Virus record (IMG/VR): IMGVR_UViG_2061766007_000135
DNA: 50,340 nt
Source of the DNA: an uncultured virus (IMG/VR IMGVR_UViG_2061766007_000135)
Taxonomy: Duplodnaviria; Heunggongvirae; Uroviricota; Caudoviricetes
Reading direction: 5' to 3' (one strand)
Within the stretch, counting starts at the first letter, position 1. The number at the start of each line of letters is the position of its first letter. This document shows, in pieces, positions 14,301 to 26,399 of this stretch. The position numbers were made by a program, and so were the translations under genes. Under the pieces are notes generated by a model. It had not been told where the DNA came from and made no database searches. It worked only from the letters and a program-made list of their open reading frames with translations.

Positions 14301-17300
14301 GCTTCCTATGCTTCAATTCGACGTGGTTCTGCAGCTGCTGCAGCCGCCTTTAATGCGACTAATTCTGCTTCAGCTGCTTCATTCATATAACGCGACCATA
14401 ATTCAGTACGTGTGGCTTGATTTGACATAATAAAACGCTAGAATTCTTCTGGACGGTCTTTAAAGAAATCTAATTCAGCTAATGTAGCGTAATCTTCTTG
14501 AGAAATATTTTTAGCAGTAGCAGCTTTCTAATTTTCGTTTAATTCACCTTTTATTGCCTGTGCCGCAGCTAATTCGGCCTATGATTTTAAATATTCGATA
14601 GATTTTGGATTAATTTTCATTTTGCCGTCTTCTATAATTAAATCTGTTGGACGTGCATGTATAAGTACATCTAAAGTATATTGAGGATTAGATAATAAAT
14701 CATTAATATACTATTCTGTATCTTCTTTACTAGCGTTAGAATACTACATACGACCTTGTACTAAGTCTAATACAGCAGAAACTTGTGCTGCACCGGAACC
14801 ATACGCATCATATCCTTGTAATTCCTATAATACGCGTGCACGCCCTTCTTCATTATTTGTACTACTTTTAACAAGATCCCATACTTCTTGAGCAGTTTTA
14901 GTTGTACCTTTGGCATTAAACATATCAAAATTATCATTATCATATAAATTTTTTAATGCTTCAGCTTCATTTACAATTTTTTGTGCTTGAATTAATTCAG
15001 GAATGCCTCTTTCAGACAAAAATTTAAACAACTAATTAGTATAACTATTTTCATCTAAAGTAGCAATATTAAATTCTTTTTGTAATAATTCGTATAAAGC
15101 CTATTGACTCGCTAAAGAAGAATTATCAATATTATGTAATTCACCGGTATCTTTATTAAATGTCCAACCAGCTTGCTCTAAAGCTTTCTAAAATTCTTCA
15201 GAATACCATTTGCTTCCTTCGCTACTTAATTCATCTGCTGTCCAATTATGTCCTTCTCGACTAAATAAACCAGTCGTATTACCATCATTTTTACGTCCAT
15301 TACCATAATTCGCCCAAGCCTAATCTGTAAATAAACTTGCTCCTTTAGTTTTATAATTAAGTGAATCAGTAAAAATGGTACCCATATCATCATATAATTC
15401 ACCATATTTATAACCTAATTCACGCATTAAATATTGTGCAAATTCTTGATAATTAGTTGCGAAACTAGTACTTGATTTATTAAACTCTGCACGTTGAGCT
15501 TGTATAATCTTTTGTGAAACTAATCCACCATTTTGATCATACCACTATAAATGCCCAAAATTAGTTTCTGTAATATCCTCTAATGGTAAATAAAAATTAT
15601 CTTCGCCTAAATCTTCAACATCGACACCTTGGCGATAAGCCTCTAAAGCATTCTCATGTTGAGTAAGAATTTCTTTAGCATCACGTAAACTAAGATCCGC
15701 TTCTTGTTTTGCCACTGTAGTCATCTTAGTAATTAAATCACCATAATTACCAGACAATACATCTAATGCAGAAGCCTAAACACCATAAGCTTGTGTTACA
15801 GCATTAATGGCATCTAACTAAGATTCATAACTATCAGTAGTTTCATTTAAGGCAATAGATAAAGTTTGTAAATCATTAGTAACTTCTTGCTATTTAGATT
15901 CATGCTTAGCAATCGCTTTATCAGTTTCCGCAATCGCTTTCTTTAATTTATCTTCAGCACTTTCTACATTTTTTAAATGTGTAGCTACTAATGCAATGAT
16001 TCCAGCAAGAGCGGTTACCGCTAAAATCGCCCATCCAATTGGACCCATTGCGCCCCAAACTGCTGAAAAGCCTGCAGCTACAGCATGTAAACTTCCTGCC
16101 AACGTTGCATGTGTAATTGCAGATGTTGCTGCAGCAGCTCCACTAGCACCTTCAGCAACTGCTCCGAATGTAGTCAAAGCATTATAAACTGTTTTTAAAG
16201 CATTTAATCCTGATGTAATACTAGTTAATAAAGTCATACAAGCAATGACTTTTTCTAATCCACTAGCGTCAGGATTCGTAATAGTCTAAAAAGATGAAAC
16301 TACGCCTGTAATACTAACTGCTAAACCGGTGACACCTGCTGTAACTTTACCTATTGTATCAGCAAGAGTTACTGGATTCTATTTAGACAATGTTTCTAGA
16401 CCCTTACCAGCTTCTTCTTCAGCTTTTGCAGCTTCTTCAGCATTTTCTTTTAAATCAGCTAAGTTCTATTCTACTTGTTGTACTTGTTTACCATTATTGC
16501 CTAATTTAGTATCATAATCAGTTAATGCATCTTGTACAGTCTATAAATTATCTCCCATCTCTTCAAATGTAGTAGATAATTCTTCGACAGCTTGTTGATA
16601 ACTATCCGCATTACTTAAATTTTTACCTCTTAAAATATCGTCAGCTTTTCTACTAACTTCTTCATTACCTGCGGCCTATATACGTTCTAATAAATCTTTT
16701 TTAGCCTACTCTCCATTAAAACCATCTTTAGTCATATATTGATCTGTATTAGCACCAGCATTACTTAAATCTTGACTTAAAGATCTAATTTTAGTTATTT
16801 TTTCAGCTAAATTTGCAATCTATTGCTCAATAGCTTCACCAGTAGTTTGTAAAGCTCGATTTAATTTATCTCCTGACTCAAGCACTGCCTCTTCATTTGC
16901 ACTACCAGCTTTATTTAACTCATTTGTAAATTCTGTAACTGCCTGATTAATAACTGTTTGACCTTTATTTAAGGCATCTGTATAAGCAGTAATATCAATT
17001 TTCCCTGTTAATGCATTAATTGAATCCAATGCATCTTTATTAGCATTTGAGCCAGGTTCTTTAACAGTATTTAATATTGCAGTTTTATCCGCAATACCAT
17101 TTTGAGTTGCATTTGCAATAGCCTATCTAACATCATATCCTTGATATGTAGCCGCAGGCTTACGATTTAATGCTGCATTATAATCATTATATGCCTAAGC
17201 ACGAGCCTAACTAGCTGTTCGTAAAATATCCTATTGATTAGCATAAGCCTATTTTTGAGATTCAGACCAACGATGTTCATTCTATAAACGGCTAGCTTCA

Positions 17301-18997
17301 GCACGATGCATACTAGCCTAACTTTGTGCCGCAGCACGTTCTGAACCCGTAGTTGATTTTGTACGTGCATCAGCCACTTCTGCATATTCTAAATTGTTTT
17401 TAACAGCTTGTCTATTACTTTGTCCAGTAATAATATTAAAATTTTTAGTTAATTTACTAATAGTTTCACTAACACCGCCACGCGCAGCAAAATTACTCAT
17501 AAATGCCGCACCGACTAATCCTAAAACAGGTACAATACCACCCATTTTATCAATTAATTCAGTAACTAAATTAATGACAGTAGTTAAACCATCAGTCATT
17601 GTAATAAATGTAGAATCATCAATAATTTCAGAATATAAACCCTGCCAAGCATTTTGCATACGCTTAGTAGCAGCTTCCCAAGATTTTTCCCAAGTAGCAA
17701 ATTGTTGATCTAATGCACCCTATGAATCTTCTGCAATTTCTAAATTAATTTTATAAGTTTGATAATTGTCAAAGAATGCCATCATTTGTGTATATTGACG
17801 TGCACCACCAATAGTTTGCGCTAAAGCTGATTGCTGAGACTTAGATAATGTAGTCCATTTTGTACCAATCTCGTCAATAACACCGCCCATATCGCGCAAA
17901 TCGTCAGAAGCATCAAGAATTTTAACGCCAATAGTGTCTAATGCTTTTGAGTATTTATTTAAATCTACACCATCTTCTAGTGTTTCACCTAACTTTAAAC
18001 CACCGATACGACTTAAAATTGTATTCCAAGCAGTACCAATAGTTTCTGCACTTTGACGTGTAACACTTGCAGAAGTAGCAATAATACTAGACATTTGTTC
18101 CATACCAACGCCAACATTGTTAGCAGTTGCAGCAACTTTTTGTAATGCAGTAGAAATTTCTTCCATACTGGTTGCAGTATTAGCACCCAAGTTTGCCATA
18201 ATATCAACATACTTTTGCATTTCTTTTTCGCCAACTTGATAAGAGTTCCAAATAGCAGTCAAGTATTCAGACATATCCTCTGCGCTAGAATTAAATGAAA
18301 TCTATGCAGCCTTCATAGTGATTTCAGCTTTCTTTATAGCTTCTGCCATCTTATCGCCCTATTGGAAATAAATCAATGCAGCATCACTAAATGCTAAAGT
18401 AGAAGCACTTAATGACTTAGCGGCCTTTTGCGCAGATGCTGCGAACTAAGCCAAATTTTCATCAGACATTTGAGTAACAACTTGAATATTAGTTAATGAT
18501 TCATTTAAATGTTGAGCATACCCAACAGCTTCTTGTAATTTACCAACAAAACCATGAATAATAGAACTACTGATTTGCCATTGTGCAGTTTTCTTTAAAT
18601 TAATTAATAAACTATTAAGATGTGTACCTAGTGAAACAGTCTATTGTTGCATATTGGTTAAACCACGTGCAACCTAATTAAATGCTGCTTCACCACTAGC
18701 ACCAAATCCAGCTAAACTTGCATGTAATTCTTTAATAGAAGTCTTTGACTAATTTAATGAATTAGTAAATGCTGACATATTAATTTTGCCAGTATTCACA
18801 TCCATTGCAGCCTATAAAGCCGCACGCAACTCACGAGCACTCTAAATACCCTATTGAATCTCACGTGAGTCAAATTTTAATGGCTACAGATTAGCTATTT
18901 TGTTTAATTCAGAAAATGCAGACTAAACATCTTTGCGCAACTAAGTGGTGTCACCACGGATTTTTACCGAAGATTCAAGCACTGTATTAGCAGCCAA
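5351..18997 (-). CDS. Tail tape measure protein, 4548 aa with TAG=Gln
   Basis: TTG start after GAAAGGAGTTGA, TGA stop at 5351. About 19 track fragments share this frame. TP901-type TMP core (YVDIMANLGANTATSMEEIS..LQKVAATANNVGV), hydrophobic MGPIGWAILAV segment, FEIHSPSK motif, C-terminal YAEGGLVNYTGPAWVDG..PEYVLNP motif. Confidence 0.9.
6027..6071 (-). repeat. 15-bp tandem repeat encoding a GTGNG x3 Gly/Thr linker in the TMP C-terminus
   Basis: Plus strand ACCATTACCAGT(G/A)CC repeated three times. Confidence 0.8.
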
Positions 18998-19021
18998 TTG
19001 GACTCAACTCCTTTCTCTCAT

Positions 19022-19045
19022 AAAAAAAATGCCCGAAGGCATTTT
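19022..19045 (-). terminator. Intrinsic terminator between the 19044-19568 gene and the TMP
   Basis: Minus strand AAAATGCC-TTCG-GGCATTTT followed by more T (UUCG tetraloop). Confidence 0.75.
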
Positions 19046-19568
19046 AACTTAATTTTTCAAGTACTCCTTGTAATACTGGATTATCAGTGAATGTTTTTAA
19101 TTGTTCACTAAGTTCATTAATATCTTTCAACTCAGCATTTTGTGTAAGTGCTGAATTTTCAAGCAAGCCAGAAGCAGAAATATGGTATCTAAATAAAACA
19201 TCCATAGTATCTAAAACTACAGTACGCAAAAAGCTTAATTCTTCTTCTGGAATATTATTCAACACTACAGTAAATACATTATTTAATTGTAAAATATCAT
19301 ATGTATTACTAATATTATTAATCATTGTCTCTGTAAGATTAATATTAGTATAATACTGTACAAAATATACTGACATATAAATTTCATAACGTAACATACT
19401 AGGTATATTACGTTCATCCATAATATCAGCCAAAACCTTACTTACAAATTCAGATTTTTTATTTAATGGTAAATATTGTAAAATAGTAATCTATTCACCA
19501 TTTAACTCTGCAACAACTGGTTCTGCAGTTTTCTTTACATTTAATTTATTTAAACTAACTTTCGCCAT
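19044..19568 (-). CDS. Hypothetical protein, 174 aa, in the tail assembly chaperone position; one in-frame TAG (codon 26)
   Basis: ATG after AAGGAG; MAKVSLNKLNVKK...; TAA stop; directly upstream of TMP. Confidence 0.75.
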
Positions 19569-19602
19569 ATTGACTCTCTCCTTTTTCTCAAAAACTATAT
19601 AT

Positions 19603-19631
19603 AGTATAACGAAAAATTTTACCCCTGTCAA
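19603..19631 (-). promoter_or_regulatory. sigmaA-type promoter inside the tail module
   Basis: TTGACA-ggggtaaaatttttcgt(17)-TATACT; the -35 overlaps the upstream TGA stop. Confidence 0.7.
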
Positions 19632-20794
19632 GTAGGAATTACTCCTACTTTAAATCCTGCTTTATTACAAGCATCAATTACCGCAGCATCTGTCATAGTT
19701 TCAATGTTATTTCGATCAAAACCAACAATTGTTTTAGCCATTTGCGCAATTTCAGTAGCAGAAATAATTTTATCACTAACTAACATTTGAGCTAAAGTTA
19801 ACAAATCTTTATAACCACCCATACCAGCGCCTTTTGATTTAATAGCATAATATTCATTCTATTTTACCTTAATATCATCAATAAATGAAGCTAAACCATT
19901 ATCAACTTTGGCCATAAAATTACGAGTAAACCAATCAATAGCAGCATCATAAGTTGGAGCTTCATGCATCATAGTTTCTACAGTACCGCTAACCAATAAA
20001 GCAATGTAAGCTTCACGCATATCTCCTAATTGTTTTGTTGCAATTTTATGCCACTAATCATTTAAATTCCACATTAAATATTTTCCGCCACCACGTTCAG
20101 CACTAATCTACATACGATTTTCAATTTCATTAAATAAACTATTTAAATAAGTAATCTAATGTGGATCAGAAATACCAAAAACTTCTGCCGCAGTACCCAT
20201 AGTACTAACTAATCCACTACTAAGATTTTTTTTACCAACCGCGCTATTAGAATAACGGAATGTGATAAAACTACGACTAAATTCTCCCTCACGTGCGATA
20301 CGAGTTAAAGAATTACCTAATGCAAATTTAGGTAATAAATTAGTAATATCATATAATTGTGAAGATGTTTTAGTGCCGCTAACATAAATAGTTTTTACTA
20401 CTGTACCAGCCAATTCCTGTAATTTAATACGAAAATCATGCCAACTCTAAATTAATTGTGGAGCTATTAATTTTACATCACGTTCTGCAATTCCCAATGC
20501 TTGAATTTGATTAACAATCATTAAATTACTACTTAAAGAACTAGCTGTATTTATGTCAAATAAATTGCGTGCATGACTTTTAGCTAAAGCACTACGTAAT
20601 TCATTATTTTTTAACATAGCATCTAATAACTATTTATACTTTTTTAATTTTTCTTCAAATAATTTAGCATTATTAATAAAACTTACTATTATCTACTAAG
20701 TTTCAGCATTTTGCTACGAACGATATTTTTCAATTAACTCACGTAATTGCTTTTCTATCGCCGCAATTTCTGGATTCACATCTACTATTGCCAT
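19628..20794 (-). CDS. Hypothetical tail-module protein, 388 aa, several in-frame TAG
   Basis: ATG after GAAGGTGA; joins fragments 20156-20413 and 19628-19822 in frame; TGA stop. Confidence 0.7.
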
Positions 20795-20814
20795 ATGTCA
20801 CCTTCTTCTCCAAT

Positions 20815-20855
20815 AAAAAAAATAGGGGAGATACATATTTCGTATCTCCCCTATT
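20815..20855 (-). terminator. Intrinsic terminator after the major tail gene
   Basis: 14-bp stem AATAGGGGAGATAC/GTATCTCCCCTATT followed by a T-run on the minus strand. Confidence 0.8.
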
Positions 20856-20866
20856 GTCAAACTCCA

Positions 20867-21820
20867 TTAAGGAGTTGGATTCTGACCATTTGCAGGTGCC
20901 TTACCGAAGGTTTCATTATCTTCGATAATCTGGATAGCTGCAATAACTTTCTTGGTCTTATCAAATTTAGTATAATCTGGGAAAGCGTCAAGAGTAAAGG
21001 TGAAGGTTGAAGGATCACCAGTTGGAGCCATTGTGAAGGTAAAGTTAGACTGAACCTTGCAGTTAGGAATAATGAATTCAGCTGGGAGATCTTCACCAGT
21101 AGCTTGATCACGGAACAAAGTAGAAGCTTCAAGATAGTAAGAACCACCGAACTTAGAAGCCTCAATGTTGATCTGCTTTACTTTAGAAATAGCTTCTACA
21201 TAGTAATCAACATATACAACATTACCATCATTAATAGTTGGGATCTTATAAGTATCACTATCGGCAGAACCAGCAGTGAAACCTAAGTCCTGATGGCGGT
21301 CATCAGCACTATAAGCTGAAGCCCAAGCTGTTAATGCAGAACTAAGAGTAATTGTCTGACCAATTTCTGTGCTAGGAATCTTCATTGGCAAAGCGTTAAC
21401 ATCAATAGCACCATCACTAGTCATAACCATAAGATAGAATTCACCTTTATCAGATGGAATCTTATCAAGAGTAATAGTACCATTCTTAACTTCAACCTGC
21501 TCAGTTGTATGTACATAAATCTTATCATCAGAACTAGCATCAATCAAACCTGCACCAGAAAGAATTGAGAAACTTTCTGGAGAAATCAATGCATCTTCCA
21601 TAGTGAACGTAACAGTACGGTCACCTTCCCAAGCTACCAAACGTGGATTACCACGGCCGCCCTGTGCATAAACAGTGGTGGCTGCGCCTTCCAAACTAGA
21701 AGTCTTTAATGTATCGAAATACAAAACGGGCATATCCTTGTCAAGCCAGAGCTTGCCAAAATAACCTTCTGCCTTTTTCTTTAATACGACGTCGCAAATT
21801 TCGCGTACACCAAATTTCAT
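20867..21820 (-). CDS. Major tail (tube) protein, 317 aa, no TAG
   Basis: MKFGVREICDVV..PVLYFDTLKTSSLEGAATTVYAQGGRGNPRLVAWEGD..FTMEDAL and GDPSTFTFTLDAF motifs typical of Clostridia-phage tail tubes; strong AAGGAGG RBS; gene order. Confidence 0.8.
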   Translation of the reverse strand: MKFGVREICDVVLKKKAEGYFGKLWLDKDMPVLYFDTLKTSSLEGAATTVYAQGGRGNPRLVAWEGDRTVTFTMEDALISPESFSILSGAGLIDASSDDKIYVHTTEQVEVKNGTITLDKIPSDKGEFYLMVMTSDGAIDVNALPMKIPSTEIGQTITLSSALTAWASAYSADDRHQDLGFTAGSADSDTYKIPTINDGNVVYVDYYVEAISKVKQINIEASKFGGSYYLEASTLFRDQATGEDLPAEFIIPNCKVQSNFTFTMAPTGDPSTFTFTLDAFPDYTKFDKTKKVIAAIQIIEDNETFGKAPANGQNPTP

Positions 21821-21838
21821 AGGTTATTTCCTCCTTAT

Positions 21839-22585
21839 TTAATGAATGTCTTTCATCCAATCATCTGGCTTATCATCGGGCTTACCGCCTGCCAGACGCG
21901 ATTTTATATCTAAATCCCACCCAGTATATAAGCCATAACGTTCTAATAAATCATAGACTTGATATACTGTTAAGTTTAAACATTCTTTTAAACTCATAGA
22001 CGGTAGCCCGACAGTGAGAATAGAAACATATCTAGCTAAAACCCCATCAATGTTCTAACCCTTTCCGGCAGCTGCTCTAGAGCGACCTTTCATAATTTTA
22101 GCCGCAATCTCAGCAGCTTTCTTCCCTCTTGGATTAAAGTTGGCATTCTAGCCACCAATGGAATTATTTATCCCAAGAATCTCTGATAGCAGTTGACGAA
22201 TATCTTCAAAATTATTTTCATCCATTACAAAATGTTGTTTAGTTGAAGGATTATTAAAATAAATACTATGCGGCAAAATCTATGCTGTATAACCAGGAAA
22301 TAAAATAGTAAATACAGACAATAAATTATTCTATCGTGCCCCATAATTCTCTAATGAAGTATCTGCTATCAATGTCATAAATATCTAAAAATTCGACATT
22401 TGAGATAAATAAGAATTGCCCTCTGCTGCTAATATCGTATCACGATTAAAGCAAATTAATTGCAGAGTAGAAAAATAATCTAATTCACCAATATAAGAAA
22501 TATCCTAAATAGTTGGCTAATGAATTACAGTCTCTAATGCAGGTATTGGAATATCAATACCGGTCATTAACTAAAGTTTATTCAA
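21839..22585 (-). CDS. Conserved virion/tail-module protein (~248 aa; alternative ATG at 22567), absent from the ORF track
   Basis: With TAG=Q: MNKLQLMTGIDIPIPALETVIHQPTIQDISYIGE...DDWMKDIH, TAA stop; fills the gap between neighbours exactly. Confidence 0.75.
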
Positions 22586-23111
22586 CAGGAAGCACGTCCT
22601 CAACACCATGAATAATGCTATAATTTAAACTTAATCCCATTAATTGATCATTAAGCACTAAATTATGTGCATCATTAAATTGCGCGGTACCGATACCCGT
22701 TAACTTTTGTTTATTAATCATAGCATCAATTAAACCTGCAATTTTATAAGGACGTAATTCAAAATTACCAAGGTTCCAATGATCTGGATGGCACAAAATA
22801 TTAAATGTTAAATCACAATCGCGAAATTCGGTATTACTAGCATTTGGAGTAAAATTATTAAATACAATAATAACAAAAATTGGACATTCTTTTTGAATAT
22901 CTAATTTAGGAACAATTTTAATATGTTTATGCAACATACTATAAATTTGTTCTTGAGTTAAATCTTCACCTTTTAAAGCATCAGGTTCTGTGTAATATAA
23001 TAATTTTAATAGCTTCTAATTACCCATTAATTTCTTTGCGACTAATGCAAAATCTTTTTCCATGCCCCAGAAACTAGAATTAATTTTAAAATATTCCTGT
23101 CCTACTCTCAT
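22578..23111 (-). CDS. Putative tail completion/terminator protein, 177 aa; one TAG (codon 32)
   Basis: ATG after AAGGAG; KLLKLLYYT, FNILCHPDHW, LRPYKIAG..D..INKQKLTGIG motifs; neck position. Confidence 0.65.
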
Positions 23112-23131
23112 AGGCAATTCTCTCCTTTTAC

Positions 23132-24088
23132 TCAGAATAATGACTCAACAATAATAGTGCGTTCTAATTCGCCATAATGCAAAATATATGAACCACTAGT
23201 CATTGCTGTCCATTTTACCTCAAATGTATCATCCTCTTGTACTGTATAATCTAAAACATCATCAACTTCTTTATTTCTTTCTGCAGGTAATGTAATAGAC
23301 CAAGTAGCATTTGTTATTCTATATCGTGGCATAAATGTTACTAACTATAAAGGCTTTACATAAGTTGGTCCTTCAATTACATTCTAATAAGTATTATGTG
23401 TAACCGGTGTAGGATCTTCTTGTTTAATTAATAGCTCATTATGCTTACAATCATAATCTTCTTCAGCCTAAATTTCTAATATACCAGGAGTACTAATACT
23501 ATCTGGAGCCTACACTTTCCAAAAACGACCGCCAAATTCAAAATTCTCATATCGTTCAAAAGTACGTCGATTAACTTCATTATTCTACATATAAATATCT
23601 AAAGTTAAATTAGGTACATCTGCAACAATACCTGCCTTTTGAATAGTATTAATTTTAGTTTCAACTGGTCCGCGTACTGCACACCATTGCGTAAAACTTT
23701 CGCCTGTTTCTTTATCAGTAACAGTTAACTAAACACAACGACGCACATTTGCTCTAAAATAAGCCACTTCAGTATATTCTGGTTTTAAAATAATCCAATG
23801 ACTACCAGTATTTTTACCCCATTCAAAAGTATCACCTGGATGAAAATCATGCTCAAATTCAACTGAAACAATTTTTTCATCATAATCAAATTTTACTTTA
23901 TCGGGGTTCATTAAAGCACGTACCCAAGGATTCTCTTCATTGCCATCTTTACGAATCCAAGCTGCTTGATAAGAATATAATAATGCACGATATAAACTAC
24001 GTAATTTGTCACGCACCATGCGATCATGTTGACGATCATTATTTGCCGCACGAGCACGCATTTTAAATAACTCAAGATTTTCTAACAT
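23132..24088 (-). CDS. Putative head closure/neck protein, 318 aa with TAG=Gln
   Basis: Fragments 23729-24088 and 23132-23332 are in the same frame, joined through TAGs; TGA stop. Confidence 0.65.
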
Positions 24089-24383
24089 TTATTAAAGATG
24101 TAAGTTCAGTCATTAAAGAAATAATATTAAAAACTGAACTTCTATATAACATAAAATCATCGACTTCATGTAATCCCTCAAGCTGACTAAGCAGTATTAA
24201 GAAATCAAGTTGATCGCCAAACATACGATGAAGTCCACGTATTTCAATTAAAACGGAGTTTAATTGCTTTTGCCAATCCTCATTATTTTCTCGCATTGGA
24301 AGCAATTTCCATACCTAATTAATTAAACGCCGCATATCTTTAGCCACCAAAGAATTAGCGAATTTATAATCCTAATACATCAT
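24072..24383 (-). CDS. Conserved neck-region protein, 103 aa; TAG at codons 4 and 23
   Basis: MMYQDYKF...RRLINQVWKLLPMREN reads through TAG; start overlaps the upstream TGA. Confidence 0.7.
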
Positions 24384-24943
24384 TCGTGTTCAATAGGCTC
24401 CCATTCATATTCATCATGATTCTCATTATAAATAATAATAGTGCCATATTTGGTGGCTGTTTCAGTTGGCGTTGTATTATCATTAATAGCAGACTAATTT
24501 AAAGTCATCCAATTAGACATAACTGAACCATCACCGCGCTCACGACGACGTTTATACAAACGCTGTGCGTGAATATTCTCACGATGATTTTCTGCCTTTA
24601 AATTTAATAACTTCGCAAGATGATTAGCTTGCGAAGTCATTTTAAAATCTGCGCCTGAATATTTCATTCTAGTTACTTCAATAGAATTAATCTATCTATC
24701 AAGCCAAGCTTGTTTCATTAAAATAGCTAGAATATTTATTTCCTCAGTTGTTAGATCACTCATAAAGCATTCTAAACTAGCATCATAATCAAAAATTGGG
24801 AAACGAGGAAATTCAAAATAAGGAATGGCATCAAGTAAATACTATTTAGCATCACGGATAGTATCTTCTTCAGTAAGTTCTAAGTACATATCATCAGTTA
24901 TCTTACTGAGGAATCTATCTATAATAGTATGAAATGATGTCAT
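24380..24943 (-). CDS. Putative head-tail connector/adaptor, 187 aa, absent from the ORF track
   Basis: ATG after AAGGAGG; MTSFHTIIDRFLSKITDDMY...WLDRQINSIEVTRMKYSGADFKMTSQANHL with three TAG read as Q; TGA stop. Confidence 0.7.
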
Positions 24944-24954
24944 AATGATCCTCC

Positions 24955-25554
24955 TTAAGATTTTGTACTTACAACATTATACTTAGGGGTTGTTCTGCGG
25001 CCTGAGCCATTCTTAGCTGTAGTTGGCTGCACTCTGCGTGTAGGAGCAGCCTTGACTTCCATACCACTGCCAGTCTCCTCAGCTTCAGCAGCTAACTCTG
25101 CCGCAAGCTCTTCTTTATGCTTTAACGCCAAAGCTACATCAAATCCAGTTTTTTCTTTAATAGCCTTAATCTTTCTGGTATCTGTAAGTGGCAAATCAAT
25201 AGCATACTTTTGAACCAAATCAAGAACGCCATTAGGTGCAAAATCGAGACAATCAAGTAATGCATCTACCGAACCATTTTTTAGAAGATCAATAACTCCC
25301 TTGTCGTCTAAATAATACTCCGGCTCAACTCTCATCGGCATCTCATTCACCGTGGCAGGATCTGATATAAACAAACTATTACGAATAATATATGCGCCAC
25401 TTGCCTTTTGGCTTAAAGCCCAAAGTTCATCCACAGGAATCATTTTTACTTCGCCTGGAGCAAACTCACGACGCACACCCATATCTTCTACATGATAAAT
25501 TACAATAGAATTACTTCTATTGCGCACTTGCACTTTTTTACTTGTACTATTCAT
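24955..25554 (-). CDS. Conserved head-module protein, 199 aa, no TAG
   Basis: Intact ORF, AGGAG RBS, immediately downstream of the capsid gene. Confidence 0.75.
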   Translation of the reverse strand: MNSTSKKVQVRNRSNSIVIYHVEDMGVRREFAPGEVKMIPVDELWALSQKASGAYIIRNSLFISDPATVNEMPMRVEPEYYLDDKGVIDLLKNGSVDALLDCLDFAPNGVLDLVQKYAIDLPLTDTRKIKAIKEKTGFDVALALKHKEELAAELAAEAEETGSGMEVKAAPTRRVQPTTAKNGSGRRTTPKYNVVSTKS

Positions 25555-25602
25555 AATTAAACTCCTTTTTCTCCTAAAAAATTACGCGGGCGCGTATATG
25601 CG

Positions 25603-25870
25603 NNNNNNNNNNNNNNNNNNNNNNNNNNNNNNNNNNNNNNNNNNNNNNNNNNNNNNNNNNNNNNNNNNNNNNNNNNNNNNNNNNNNNNNNNNNNNNNNNN
25701 NNNNNNNNNNNNNNNNNNNNNNNNNNNNNNNNNNNNNNNNNNNNNNNNNNNNNNNNNNNNNNNNNNNNNNNNNNNNNNNNNNNNNNNNNNNNNNNNNNNN
25801 NNNNNNNNNNNNNNNNNNNNNNNNNNNNNNNNNNNNNNNNNNNNNNNNNNNNNNNNNNNNNNNNNNNNNN
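25603..25870. other. Scaffold gap that should contain the C-terminal half of the major capsid gene
   Basis: Run of N; capsid ORF enters it at ...KIVMDGIE. Confidence 0.9.
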
Positions 25871-26377
25871 TTCGATACCATCCATAACGATCTTAGTTAC
25901 TTCAGCAAAATCAGCACGACCATCAAGGAACTCTTCAAGACCAATCTGTGCGGCACCGCCGATAGCACTGGTCTGAACTTCGATTGGGGTATCCTTACCA
26001 AGCTTAAATACTTCGTAAATACCAGCCAAACCGACCTTGGTGATGAACTGCTTTGCACGCTGACGATCATGCTTGCGCCAGAAGACAGTTGAATTACCCT
26101 GAGCAATAGTCTTAACTTCAGCGAACTTACCATATTCTTCTTCAACTTTCTTTGGAAGAATATCATCCATAGTCTCTTCAATCAAAGAGAAAATAGTATT
26201 CTTGTTCTCACGATAGAGAGCAAATGTACCAGCGAGTTCATTCATTTCCTTACGTAAAGTCTCATTAAGAGCATCATAAGTAAGGTTCTCGCCATTGAAT
26301 GAATAAGCAACAGGAGTAGAGCGATCAGCCTTAGCAGTTGCCTTCATCAATTTAAGAAGTTCATTTCTTTCCAACAT
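25871..26377 (-). CDS. Major capsid protein, N-terminal part
   Basis: ATG after GAAAGGAG; ENKNTIFSLIEE..DDILPKKV.EEYGKFAEVK, FITKVGLAGIYEVFKL, AIGGAAQIGLEEFLDGR; follows scaffold and decoration genes. Confidence 0.8.
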
Positions 26378-26399
26378 TGACTTTTCTCTCCTTTCCTTA

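Noticed and set aside
25520..26092. ORFs spanning the N run
   Set aside because: Open only because of Ns.
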